Below, one piece after another: positions 35,187 through 56,842 of a stretch of 64,000 nucleotides of DNA. The translations under genes and the position numbers were made by a program. The notes below the pieces were generated by a model that made no database searches, was not told where the DNA came from, and saw only the letters and a list, made by a program, of their open reading frames with translations. The stretch is taken from NCBI GenBank assembly GCA_033442325.1, contig JAWQFM010000021.1, forward strand, positions 406,040 through 470,039, given 5' to 3'. This stretch comes from Salpingoeca rosetta. Taxonomy: Eukaryota; Protista; Choanoflagellata. Positions within the stretch are counted from its first letter, which is position 1; each line of letters starts with the position of its first letter.

Positions 35187-36346
35187 CCATCACAGCCACA
35201 CCGACGACGATAACCACAACAACAACCAGCAGTACTACAACCACAACAACAACAACAACAACAACAACCACAACAACAACAACAACAACAACAACAACCC
35301 CATCTGCTGCCAACGCGACCACGACACCACCAATTGCATCGACAAGCACGGCTGCCACGACGAGTGGTGGCGGTGGTACCACGTCCTCATCCGCAGTTGG
35401 CGATGCGGGCGCAATTGCCGGCATTGTTGTGGGCGTTGTCCTGTTCCTGGTGCTCATTGCCATCCTGATTGTCGTGCTGCTGCGCCGCCGGAAGAACAAC
35501 GTGGACAGCGTCCTCACAGCACTCGGGTCTGTCAACCTCAACCCAACGTTCGACCCCAGCCATGGTGGCGGCCACGGAAGCAACGGCGCCAAGTCTGCTG
35601 CGCCACCCGTCCCCGCCCCCTTTGACCCAAAGCGCGTCGGCAGGTGGATGGATTCGCCGGTGTACACGCAGGACGGCAACAACAACAGCGGCGGCGGCGG
35701 CAGCGGCGGTATGGACGATGCAACGCGCGTTTCCCGCGTGCCCACGTCGTCCTCTGCAGCCACATCTGTTCGCCCACCGTCCGCCGCGCTCAGCGAGGCG
35801 TCCAACGCAGACATCATCTACACGAGCCGATCGGAGCTCAATCTGTCGTCGTACTTTGTGGTGCCCAAGCAGTGGCAGTACCCGCGGTCGAAGCTGCAGC
35901 TTGGCGAGCTGCTGGGACAGGGCCAGTTTGGTGCCGTGTACACGGCCGAGGCGCCCGGCATCATCGAGGGGTCGAGCGTGCACACGGTGGCGGCGAAGAT
36001 GCTGAAGGAGACGGCGAGCGAGGCGGACCACGAGGACTTTATTGGGGAGCTCGAGCTCATGATGCAGATTGAGTGCCACCCGAACGTCGTCGCCTTCCTC
36101 GGCATCTGCACGCAGGAGGAGCCATACTTCATCCTGGTGGAGTTTATGGCCAACGGGAACCTGCGCGACTACCTGCGCACGTCCCGCGTTGCCGGCAGCA
36201 ACAACCTCTGCCTCCTCCCCGCCGACCGCCTGCTGCAGTTTGCAATGGACATTGCAAGCGGCATGGCCCACCTCGCCAGTCAGCAGATTGTCCACAGGTG
36301 TGGTGTGTGTGTGTGTGTGTGTGTACTTGTGCGTGTGTGTGTGCAC

Positions 36347-36424
<78 letters not shown>

Positions 36425-37126
36425 GTGTGTGTGCTTGTGTGCGAACATGAAACCGCAGCGCTTCATGTTCCTGCCATTATTCCCTCACATGCCAGCACCC
36501 CCACCTGGCATCAACACCACTCACCGTGCCATCACCCTCACCCCACATCAGGGATCTGGCTGCGCGCAATGTGCTCGTTGACGCTGCGCTGACGGCGAAG
36601 ATTGCGGACTTTGGTCTTGCCCGCGACGTCGCTGCCTCCCCAGAGGGGCACTACGCCGTCGTCAACAACCTCAGAAAGGTGCTGTGTGCGGATGAACGAG
36701 TGTGTGTGTGCATGTGTGTGTGTGTGGGGGGGGTATGAACGAGAGGGAGTGCGTGTATGTATGTGTGTGTGTGTGTGCACGTGTGCAGGATTGCATGTGG
36801 TGAGACGCATGAGAAGCAGATACGTACCATTCTCAACCCGTCCTTCTCTCCATCCCCGCTCCCTGCTGTTCAGATGCCGCTGAAGTGGATGGCGCCGGAA
36901 GCGCTGGACCCGAACCAGCGCGTGTTCTCGAGTGCCAGCGACGTGTGGTCGTTTGGCGTGTGCTTGGGCGAGATTGCCACGCTCGGCTGCAGCCCTTACG
37001 GCGGCATGAAGGGCGTGGAGGTTGCACGCTCCATCCTCATCGACGGGTTCAGGATGACAAAGCCACAGCACTGCTCGCAGGTGTGTTGATGTGTACAGGT
37101 GTGCGTATGTGTTTGTGTGAAACTGC

Positions 37127-37164
<38 letters not shown>

Positions 37165-38377
37165 GTGCGAATGCTGCTCTCCTGCACTCTGTTGTCCCAT
37201 TGTCATGTTGATGCAACCGCCCAGCTCATCACCTTCCCTCCTCCTTCCCGCCCCCCTCCCCCTTTCGTCCATTCCACAACAGCAATACTACAAGCTGATG
37301 GAGAAGTGCTGGCAGCTGCGCCCAGAGCGCCGCCCCACATTCGTCACGCTGCGCAAACTCATTGCAAAGCTGCAGTCTGCACCAGAGACACACCTCTCGT
37401 ATGTGTGCACGGAGCCCAACAAGCACGCGCCGCTGTCACGCGACCCGAGTGCCGAGGACCCGTCCCTGGTCATGCACGATGACGAGTATGAGACCAGCGC
37501 CGGGATGGTCGCCATGCACGCCGGCAGCGACGGTGGCGACGACGACGATGACGACGATGGTGTGGACGCAACACCACAGTCGCCGAATCGCAAGGTCAGC
37601 TTCCGCCGCTGCGCTGTGGACGAGACGCTCTACAGCAAAGTCAACCAGCTGCGAGCGGAACGGGGCTCCGGGTACATGGTTCGCCCGGCGTATGGCGACG
37701 ATCCCGTGTACAGCACGGTGCCGCCCGCTGCCGTGTCCCGCAACAGCAGCCGGCGCAGTCGCCTCGGCACCCGCGGTACACGCGCATCCGTGGCACCGCG
37801 GCCGTCGTCGCTGTACGCGCGCGTGATGCGGCTGGGCCGACGGGAGTCGGAAGGTGCGTATGCACGGCTGGAGGTGCGGGGGCCTGCCTCTGATCCCGTG
37901 TACTCGTCGCTGGCGGCAGTGCTGCAGCAGCCGTCACCTTCGGCTGAGGGCGACTACGACAACCTGCAGCAAGTGGGCGGTATGGACAGTCCAACAGCAA
38001 CAACGACGCCGACGCTAGCAGCAGCGCCAACCCCGCCCCCACCGAGGGTGTTGCCACGCAAGTCGCAACGTCAGCGCCAACAACAGCATCAGCGCCTGTC
38101 TGAAGCCGAGGAGGAAGAGCAGGAGGAGGAACAACAGCAGCAGTATGAAGTGCTGTCAGCAGCAGCAACAGGGACGTCGGCGGTGCCTGAGGACGACAGC
38201 AATCTCTACGGCATGCTGCGGGGCATCCCACTTCCCAATGACCAGCTGGTGCTGAGAGTGGCGTCCAACGCCCCGAGCGGACGCAATGGGAATGATGATG
38301 ATGATGATGACAGTGACAATGGATACAGCCGGCTGAACATCAGCGGTCCACGGAACCGCCTTGACAGCATGGCATAG
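32371..38377 (+). CDS. Receptor tyrosine kinase: signal peptide, L-domain-like / EGF-like / Cys-rich ectodomain, Thr-rich mucin stalk, TM helix, PTK domain, Tyr-rich tail
   Basis: Signal [19 protein letters not shown]; [26 protein letters not shown] followed by RRRK (~35410-35490). Kinase motifs [15 protein letters not shown]|DLAARN (split by intron 36298-36551), [19 protein letters not shown] and SDVWSFG. Stop at 38377. Confidence 0.93.
34865..35300 (+). repeat. Coding (ACA/ACC)n poly-Thr mucin-like repeat with an internal duplication
   Basis: [23 protein letters not shown] occurs twice (~35050 and ~35180) within the RTK ectodomain. Confidence 0.9.
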
Positions 38378-38410
38378 GACACGTGTGTGTGTGCTGTGTG
38401 TGCGTGTGCG

Positions 38411-38448
<38 letters not shown>

Positions 38449-38635
38449 TGATTTTTTCGGTAGCCGCTTTAACCGATGCTTCATGTTTGATTATGCATTC
38501 GATGACGTTTACGCTCGTTATCACAGCACCAATTTGCCTTGCAGGCACGCTTGCTAGGTCGATTTAATGCTTCTCCCACGCCCTTGTTTCGCTTTCTTGC
38601 CGTTTTCTTCTCAAACCCGCAATAGGGTGTTGTTG

Positions 38636-38689
<54 letters not shown>

Positions 38690-38725
38690 TGTTGTTGTTG
38701 TTGTTGTTGTTGTTGTGTGTGTGTG

Positions 38726-43467
<4,742 letters not shown>

Positions 43468-43615
43468 CGTCTGTTGCGCTGCGGAAATTTACATGAAATC
43501 ATTCGCAAATGTTCACGACTCAAAGGCACAACAGGGCGCCTGAAGACGACTCAAACACAAACACAAACAACAGAGACACACAGGACACCAGCGTTGTTCA
43601 CCGCACCAAGCTGAC
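43468..43615. promoter_or_regulatory. Putative bidirectional promoter between RINT1 and RSPRY1
   Basis: Only 148 bp between divergent predicted ATGs (43467 minus, 43616 plus). Confidence 0.5.
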
Positions 43616-48888
<5,273 letters not shown>

Positions 48889-49436
48889 NNNNNNNNNNNN
48901 NNNNNNNNNNNNNNNNNNNNNNNNNNNNNNNNNNNNNNNNNNNNNNNNNNNNNNNNNNNNNNNNNNNNNNNNNNNNNNNNNNNNNNNNNNNNNNNNNNNN
49001 NNNNNNNNNNNNNNNNNNNNNNNNNNNNNNNNNNNNNNNNNNNNNNNNNNNNNNNNNNNNNNNNNNNNNNNNNNNNNNNNNNNNNNNNNNNNNNNNNNNN
49101 NNNNNNNNNNNNNNNNNNNNNNNNNNNNNNNNNNNNNNNNNNNNNNNNNNNNNNNNNNNNNNNNNNNNNNNNNNNNNNNNNNNNNNNNNNNNNNNNNNNN
49201 NNNNNNNNNNNNNNNNNNNNNNNNNNNNNNNNNNNNNNNNNNNNNNNNNNNNNNNNNNNNNNNNNNNNNNNNNNNNNNNNNNNNNNNNNNNNNNNNNNNN
49301 NNNNNNNNNNNNNNNNNNNNNNNNNNNNNNNNNNNNNNNNNNNNNNNNNNNNNNNNNNNNNNNNNNNNNNNNNNNNNNNNNNNNNNNNNNNNNNNNNNNN
49401 NNNNNNNNNNNNNNNNNNNNNACAGTCACAAACACA

Positions 49437-49473
<37 letters not shown>

Positions 49474-49630
49474 GACTGACTGACTGACCAACTGACTGAC
49501 CGACTGACTCACTCACTCACTCACTCACTCACCCATTCACTCACTCACTCACTCACTCACTCTCACGCACATAAACACACTCACATACACATACACAAAG
49601 ACGCACGCGCACATCCACTGTGTGACCGTA

Positions 49631-50138
49631 CCTGTGCGAGCTGTGAATAGCCACCGCCGATGGTGCTGAACCAGTTCATCATGTGAAAATGGCGTTGCCG
49701 GTCTGCAAGCAGCGCCATGAGGCGTCGGGACCACTGCAGGTCCGGCTGCACCGTCCATCGTCGAGTCTGCACGCGGATGTGCCAGACAGACGTGATATCT
49801 TTGCTAGTTGTCGGCGTGTGCAGCTGCGCTACACTATCTGCAACATCTCGCAAAATGTGCCGTACTGGTACAGTGGACATCTGCTGCCCTTGCACAACCA
49901 AACTGGCATGTGGTTGTTGGTCACAACACGGGCGGGTAATCTGGAAGTCGTAGCAGCAGCGGTGGTGCTCTCGCCCACCACACCCATCATGTAAGCTATC
50001 AGCACCGTCCACGGCACTGCCTTCCCAGCTTATCGTGCACCCACGTGTCTGTGCTAGTGCCTCCAAGCCCGCCACCACACTCCTCCCCACCAACAACCAC
50101 ACCCTCACATCACCATCACCATCATCAACCTCGTCCAT
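49631..50138 (-). CDS. Hypothetical protein, first exon; DUF4807-like (STxGG motif); remainder likely in gap
   Basis: ATG 50138 opens MDEVDD...MMNWFSTIGGGYSQLAQ, followed by a donor cag|gtacgg (~49631). WFSTIGG resembles the WLSTLGG motif recalled for DUF4807. Confidence 0.5.
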
Positions 50139-50341
50139 GCTGAGTTGTGAGGATTAGAGATATCTTCCATGGACTTTCGGAGAGTCCTTCCAGCTGCGTT
50201 CGTTGATTCTCACATCGTCTGGCACATCATCAAACGAAACACACGCACAGGGGGGAAGGTAGGAGAGCACCACCACAGCAAGCAGGCAAAACACGCATGC
50301 AAGGGAGGAGGGAATGCAAGCGGAGGATGTGTCGAGTGCGT

Positions 50342-50394
50342 TTATCTGCGACGCGTTCCACCGTACCCTGAGAGCGCACGTGTACATGTGTGTG

Positions 50395-50490
<96 letters not shown>

Positions 50491-50716
50491 TGAGAGACAG
50501 GCGAATTGCAGGGTCACCCTTCACCTCCCCCCCCCCAATCTTCCCTCGTTTTCCTTTCTTGCATTATTCGATCGCAACACAATCAACAACACCGCGGCGA
50601 CTCACCGGTGCTGGCGTGCGTGCCGCTGCTGCGCGGAGGCGAGGGCGAGCGACGTGCTGCAAGGCAGGTGACAGATGCGCAGACAGGTTACAAAGGTTGT
50701 AAGTTTATGTACGTTT

Positions 50717-50748
<32 letters not shown>

Positions 50749-51164
50749 TTGCGTGTGCTTTTGGCACCTGGATAAAACAAATGGTGCACATATCATCACC
50801 CAAAAGTGCCATATGAATCAAAACAATGCACCCGCGCACGAGACAGCTCACCGCTGGCGCCTGTGTTGTAGTAGTAGTTGTTCTGGCGGTAGCCTCCACC
50901 CCAGCCCGGCTGCATCCCATATCCGTAGTATGCGCGGCGGCGGGGGGCCAGGTACCCCAGCAACCCGCCGAGGCCAAACCCTGCAAGGCGAGACACGAGG
51001 AGGAGGAGGACGAGGACGAGGACGAGGAGGAAGGGTGGGTGTGGCGGTTCAAGGATGAGAACACACACATATGTATGAGTCGGTTGAGAGGGGGAGAAAA
51101 CACAGCAAAGGCGAAAGCGCTTGTTCATGGTTTGTGGTTGGGAACGGGGAGTAACGACGCAACC

Positions 51165-51219
<55 letters not shown>

Positions 51220-53162
51220 ACGGACGAACCATGCCAGAAGTTCCACCCGCCCTGTGCGGCTGCGCCCTGATTCATCGCCTGCTGATATGACGGCGGCGCA
51301 CAGCCGGGGCCGCTCCCGGGGTACCCTGGGCATGATGATGATGATTGATTGATGGTTGGTGATGATGATTGATGGTGATGATTGGTGATTGATGATTGGT
51401 GATGATGATTGATGGTTGGTGAGGAGGCAATGGTGAGATGGTGGGATGGTTGGTGCAGTCACGTGCGAAAGGACAGTGGCGAACGGTCTCAACATCAGCA
51501 CGACCATCACTGTCCCTGTCACTGCGTGTGCGAGGAGTGTACCTGGTGGGGGCGCTGTGTTGTGGAAGCGGCCGCCTGGTCCAAAATCATTTGGATCCAT
51601 CGCACCCTCACCGTACATCTCCTGCGCAACGCGACCTGCAACAACGATGATGATGATGATGATGTGGACACGCAGACAGGAATGGCAAGGCGGATTATAG
51701 TGATGGTGGGGGAGATGAGAGCCAGCAGCGGTTGCAAACACGCACACACATAAGCACAAGCACACACACACATAGACATAAGCACGCACACCCACACAAG
51801 CGCACACATAAGCACGCACGCACACACACACACACACACACACACGCCAACTTACCTCGAGAGCACCACTTGTACATTTGGTAGGCAAGGAAGACAAGGA
51901 CCAAGATGAGAAGGAAGTTGCTGCCACCACCAGATGAACTGAAGACACGATGGAATGAAGAACAAGTGAGCAACGACGGCGATGGGCCATGTCGCCATGT
52001 CAAACGCAGACACAATCACATTCACACAAAGAGTCCCACACACCCAAACAAACAAACAAACAAACAAACAAAAACAAACAAACAAAACAAACACACAAAC
52101 AAACACACAAACAAACACACAAACAAACAAACAATCACACAAACAAACAAACACACACAAACAAACAAACAAACACACACACACACACACACAATAACAG
52201 CGACTCACGCGTGGCCTGCGTGGTGATGGTGGTGGTGGTGTTTGCCATGGCGGGAGCCGTAGTTGCCGGTGCTGTCCAGCGTGTACTCCACTCCGCAGCT
52301 GCCGGCCAGGATATACGGGTCGTCCGGGTAGTCGTACCCTTCGCACGTGACGTCTGTACGGCCAAGCTTCACTGAGTTGTCCAGCTCCGCCGTGCACTGC
52401 CACTGTACACACGCACAACAAGAGGCACCACCCATAATCAAAACAGGCGATGTGAGAGCGGCCAATTGGAAATGTGCGCTTGATCGCATTTTTGTACATG
52501 TGCGTGTGTGTGTACTTGTGTGTATGGGTTTGTGTGTGCTTGGAGAAGTGAGGCAGACCTGTGCAAGACAGGTTGAAACAAAATAGCGCAAAATTGCATG
52601 CACACACACACACATACACACACGCACATACACAGACATACACACACACACACACACACACACCTGCACACACACACACACACCTGCACGTCATTTCCGT
52701 CCCAGCCGACGTTTCGGCATTGCATGACGGTTGGCAGCACATCTCGATGGCAGTTGGCGGTGCCGTCGACACAGGTCATTTGAGGGACTGCACAGCAAGG
52801 TGATGAGGAGGTGTGGGAATGGAATGGGGCAAGTGAGCAAGCAAGTGAACAAGCAAACACACAAGTGCGAGCAGAGAGGGAGAGAGATGATACGCACTCA
52901 CACACACGCACGCAAAACACATGCACACATAAACACATACACACAACCACACAAGGCTTGCTTGGTATTTACCTGGACGCGAGCGCCTTCCGGTTGTCAT
53001 CTGGTCGGAGGACAGGGTGAGGACGGAGACATCTTTCAGGAGCGCCTTCTTTGCATGATGCGAGTGCTGCTGGTGGGACCAATGTGCGTGGCCCACGCAG
53101 GCCATCATCGTCAACACCAAAGCTGCAGCAAGCATGGCTGTGCCAGCCAGTTTCATCGACAT
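50342..53162 (-). CDS. SARAF: Store-operated calcium entry-associated regulatory factor (SARAF/TMEM66), multi-exon
   Basis: Signal peptide, then LLKDVSVLTL...MTTGRR, PQMTCVDG...VMQCRNVGWDGNDVQ|WQCTAELD...VTCEGYDYPDDPYILAGSCGVEYTL, TM FLLILVLVFLAY, GFGLGGLLGYL, and the characteristic C-terminus GYGGTRRR* (TAA 50342). Confidence 0.95.
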
Positions 53163-53171
53163 TTCCCCGTC

Positions 53172-53227
<56 letters not shown>

Positions 53228-53516
53228 TGTGTGTGTGTGTGTGTGTCGTTCACTCCTTCCTGTTTGCTGCGTTGATGTGATGAGTGTGAGAATGAACGCC
53301 GCGCCGTTCGCGAGATAGCCGGCTGGGGTCTGACGTGGGCGTTTGGTTGGTCTGTTGCTTGCTTTGCTTTCTTGCACGCTGTATTTGCCGTCGTTGCTGC
53401 TGCGTCATCCGCGTTGCATTTGCAAGTGCCTGCAATTGCAAAAACCCAAACACAGTTGCAAATTGCAATCACCTCTTGCCTGCATTTTATGCTGTTGGTT
53501 CCAAAATCAACTATGC

Positions 53517-53550
53517 GGGTCGGTTCCAATTTCAAAAGTATCTTAGGCAG
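53517..53550 (+). repeat. Left terminal inverted repeat (34 bp)
   Basis: gggtcggttccaatttcaaaagtatcttaggcag. Confidence 0.97.
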
Positions 53551-53815
53551 AAATGGCTGTTTCGAGATCTGAGGCGATCTTGGCGTTGTATGGGTGTCTG
53601 AGGTGTCAAACCATGATTTGCAGCCCTGCGTGTGCCCTGTCCATTGCACCCCTTGGGTTGACCATACACCTTGCCTGGACCGAGTTTGAGCGATTTTATT
53701 GAAAAGACATGGTGAGGGCAGGTGGTCGGTTATGCAGGCTGGGGGGGGGGGTTCAGGTAAAACTGTCAAGAAGAGGCCACAGCGCATCCATGCGCTTGCT
53801 TACACAAGGCACACG

Positions 53816-55173
53816 TTAAGTGGCGTTATCGTGAGTAGCTACATGCCGTGTGACTGTTGGTTGGTGAGGTAGTGGTGGTGGTGGTGGTGGTGGCGGCAGG
53901 GGCGGCAGGAGCGGCGACGAGTGTGCAGGCACGTCGTTGAACTGGGCCTCGTAGCCATCTGGGAAGAAGTTCTGCTGGTCCTCGTGTGACAGATGAGCAA
54001 GGTGCTTGTCACGGAGGGCACGCAAGTCTTGCTGGCGCTCTTTAGATATGTGGAAGCGCTCGAGAGGTGCAACGTGGCTGAACAGGTCCTCGCTGATGCT
54101 GGATGGGCGGAAGAGGGTCGTGTATGCATACCACTCCTCTGATGCTCGGGCGCGAAGCTGCACGGCCCCGGGCGCGGAGGGCCGGAACCAGAAATGGTGG
54201 AAGTCGCTGATGCCCGCGATCCTTCGAGCACCCGCGCGCTCAAAGGACTGCGAGAATGCGGATTGCTTGACGGTGGACGCGTCCACAGCGCTGTTTGTTC
54301 GGCTCGATCCGTCAATAACTTCCATAAACTGTCGCGGGTTGTACACGTCCTTGTTCTTGAAGGCATGCTTGAACACGCCAAAGTGGGCGTCGTTGGCAGC
54401 CTTGGTGTGGCCCGGGATCATGAAGTGCAGAATAATCTCCTGATGACGCAGGACTGAGCGCGCGCTGAGGTACTGCATCACACAGTTGTTCTTGTTCTGC
54501 GCCGCCGTGTTGTCCGCCAGGATGTACACACGCTCAGCCTCTGGGTAGCCCTCCAGCACGTGGTGCAGAAGCGACACCATGAAGTCTGCGCCCTGCACCA
54601 TGGCGCGTTGTGTCTCAGGAACAACGTAGTTGACTTGATGCGCCGTGCCCAAGTTGGCAATGCCGAAAACATCGACAGCCAAGCCGGTGGTGTAGTAGAT
54701 GTCTTTGGGCTCTTGGGTGAGATGTGGCAGCCTGCACGTCCCAGCCTTGTCCATGCTCAATGCCAAGGTGTTGGCGTGAAGGGCAGCGAAGCGTGCGTGG
54801 GCGTGGTAGAACGCACGCTCCAGTCGAGTGGGCAGCAAGTGCAGCTTGAGCTGGACGTGGTTCTGCAAGTCAGCAACCAGCATGCACGGCATCATCATGG
54901 GATGTGTTGATCGGCTGGCGGCCAAGTTGCAGAAAATTTCACAAAAACATGGCAAAATGGTCGGATAAAATTGTGGTGTGCGTGACAGCCCACCTTGGTT
55001 CGCCGCAACTCCATGCAGCGGTTGCAGAGGTCTGTGCGGTGCTTGTCGCTAGCAACCCAGGGCATATGCCGACGCCAGACGTACACAAAGTCCCCGTAGG
55101 AGAGGGCATCCCCTAGAACAACAAGCAGCACGACATGGGCCAAGCTGAGTGAGCGCTCGCTCGCGTTTGAGTC

Positions 55174-55224
<51 letters not shown>

Positions 55225-55735
55225 TGTGTGTGTGTATGTGTGTGTGTCTACTGTGGGGGGTGTTCCTTTGCACGAGCGGTGCGCTGACCTCCAGTAGTGC
55301 TTGGAGATGTGTCCTTGTGCACTCTCAGGTAGTCCTCATGCATTGCCTTCTTGGTCTTGTCAACGGGGAGGAGCAGCATCGGGCCCCGCTGTCCAGGGTT
55401 TGGCAGGCCATCCACCCGCGCGATGGCGTCAATCACTGCGAGGGCAAACTTGGTGCGAGGGTGCTTCACGTTCTTCGTGTTGCCCGGGCGCTTCGTTGGA
55501 GTCGGCACAACGTGCTCGTTGCGCAGGTCTTGAAGTGCGTTGGCAATCATGCGAGAGCCCATGCCCGTGACTTTCATGAACGACGTCTTGCACAAAGTTG
55601 CGCCTGACCATGGCACGCAGGGCATGTGTGCATAAAGCTGTGAGAATGAGGAGTGCTTTGGGAGCAAGTGGCGCGGCTTGCAGTGCCACTCATGTACGTG
55701 GCACCGACAAAGCATGACCTTCGTCAGCACGCAAG

Positions 55736-55799
<64 letters not shown>

Positions 55800-56546
55800 C
55801 AGCCCTCAGCAATCACGCACCTAACACGCACCTAACACACAGTACTTGGGGCGGAGTCGGTGCGTCGTGACGGGGACGGAGTCGTCATGATGCCGTTTGG
55901 CGCGGCTCTTGCGGGGCTTGCCTTTGGGGGGTGTGCCTGCCGCTCCAGAGACACACGTCGCCAGGAGGCTCTGGCATGCAATGCGCTTGGCATGCTGTGA
56001 CAGTCTGTCGTACTCTGCCCTGATCTGCTGCACGGTAGACCGCGGCAGAGAATCCAAGCATGTGCCCGAGGCGCACTTGCACTTCTTCTCAATGGCATGC
56101 GTGGGTGGAGCTGTGCGCTGTTGCCGGTAGATGCGTGCGTGTTCAGCTGATGTGTCGGCATCCTCATCCTCATCGTCCACCATTTCATCGTGATCGTCGT
56201 CCTCACACGCAGAACTATCGTGTGACTCGTCCTGCGTGCAGTGCGCGCCGTCTGGCAGTGCTGCGGACGATTTGGGCCGTGCATCGGATGTTGAGGTGCC
56301 CGACACCGTGTAGGACGTGCGCATATGCTGCAGGGCATGCCTCAGCTCATTGACCAGCGCTGCATCCACGCCGGGCAAGTCTGGCAGATCAAACTCCGTG
56401 TCCGTGAGTCGATGCACCAGCTCATCCACCGATTGTGCGATCTCCCCCGACGGCGGAAGAGCCACGTCTGGCCACCTCTCTGCACCCTCACCGCGCTCCC
56501 CATCGGATCCACCCAAGGGCAAACGGTGCGCGGCGCTGTCCATCAT
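53816..56546 (-). CDS. Sola-family DDD transposase, 4 exons, ~731 aa
   Basis: Exons 56546-55832, 55603-55289, 55112-54994 and 54862-53816 join through GT-AG introns in consistent phases (2,196 nt). Motifs: CKC...CL, YCVLG|ATLCKTSF, LSYGDFVYVW...RTDLCNRC, and the candidate catalytic triad LSMD, ILADNTAAQNKN, FMIPGHTKAANDAHFG. Confidence 0.88.
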
Positions 56547-56808
56547 TGAAGTCCCTTGGTGTGGTTGTGTGCGATTGGTATGTGTGCCAGTTTTCCGCCA
56601 TGAATTCAACCATCGGAGATTGTCAATCGATTTTCTCCGATTTCCAGTGAGCTTTCAAATTTTAGTGACATGGTCCATCGAACCAACCACCCCAACTTGC
56701 ATCAACCCGTTCTCGGCCCCACATACACCTCTGAGGCTCATCCGGGGCTCATTCGAACCGCCTCTTCGTGCTCTGTTCGCTCACGACATCCGCAGCAACT
56801 CAGCTCCC

Positions 56809-56842
56809 CTGCCTAAGATACTTTTGAAATTGGAACCGACCC
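56809..56842 (-). repeat. Right terminal inverted repeat (34 bp)
   Basis: ctgcctaagatacttttgaaattggaaccgaccc, the exact reverse complement of the left TIR. Confidence 0.97.

Larger units (their letters stand above)
53517..56842 (-). mobile_element. Full-length Sola-type (likely Sola2) DDD DNA transposon, 3,326 bp
   Basis: Perfect 34-bp TIRs GGGTCGGTTCCAATTTCAAAAGTATCTTAGGCAG (53517-53550; reverse complement 56809-56842). 4-bp TSD ATGC (53513-53516 and 56843-56846). 5'-GRG termini with a 4-bp TSD fit Sola2. Internal transposase gene. Confidence 0.9.

Noticed and set aside
32047-36592. Overlapping long ORFs 32047-34020 and 33461-36592 as two genes or a programmed frameshift
   Set aside because: Explained by ordinary GT-AG introns (~33659-33889 and ~34017-34250) in a single RTK gene.
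53551-53815. Possible guide-RNA locus (Fanzor/TnpB-like omegaRNA) or subterminal repeats at the transposon end
   Set aside because: The encoded protein has Sola DDD motifs, not RuvC plus Zn-finger. Only short shared words (ctgagg, catacacc) were seen, too weak to support a structure.
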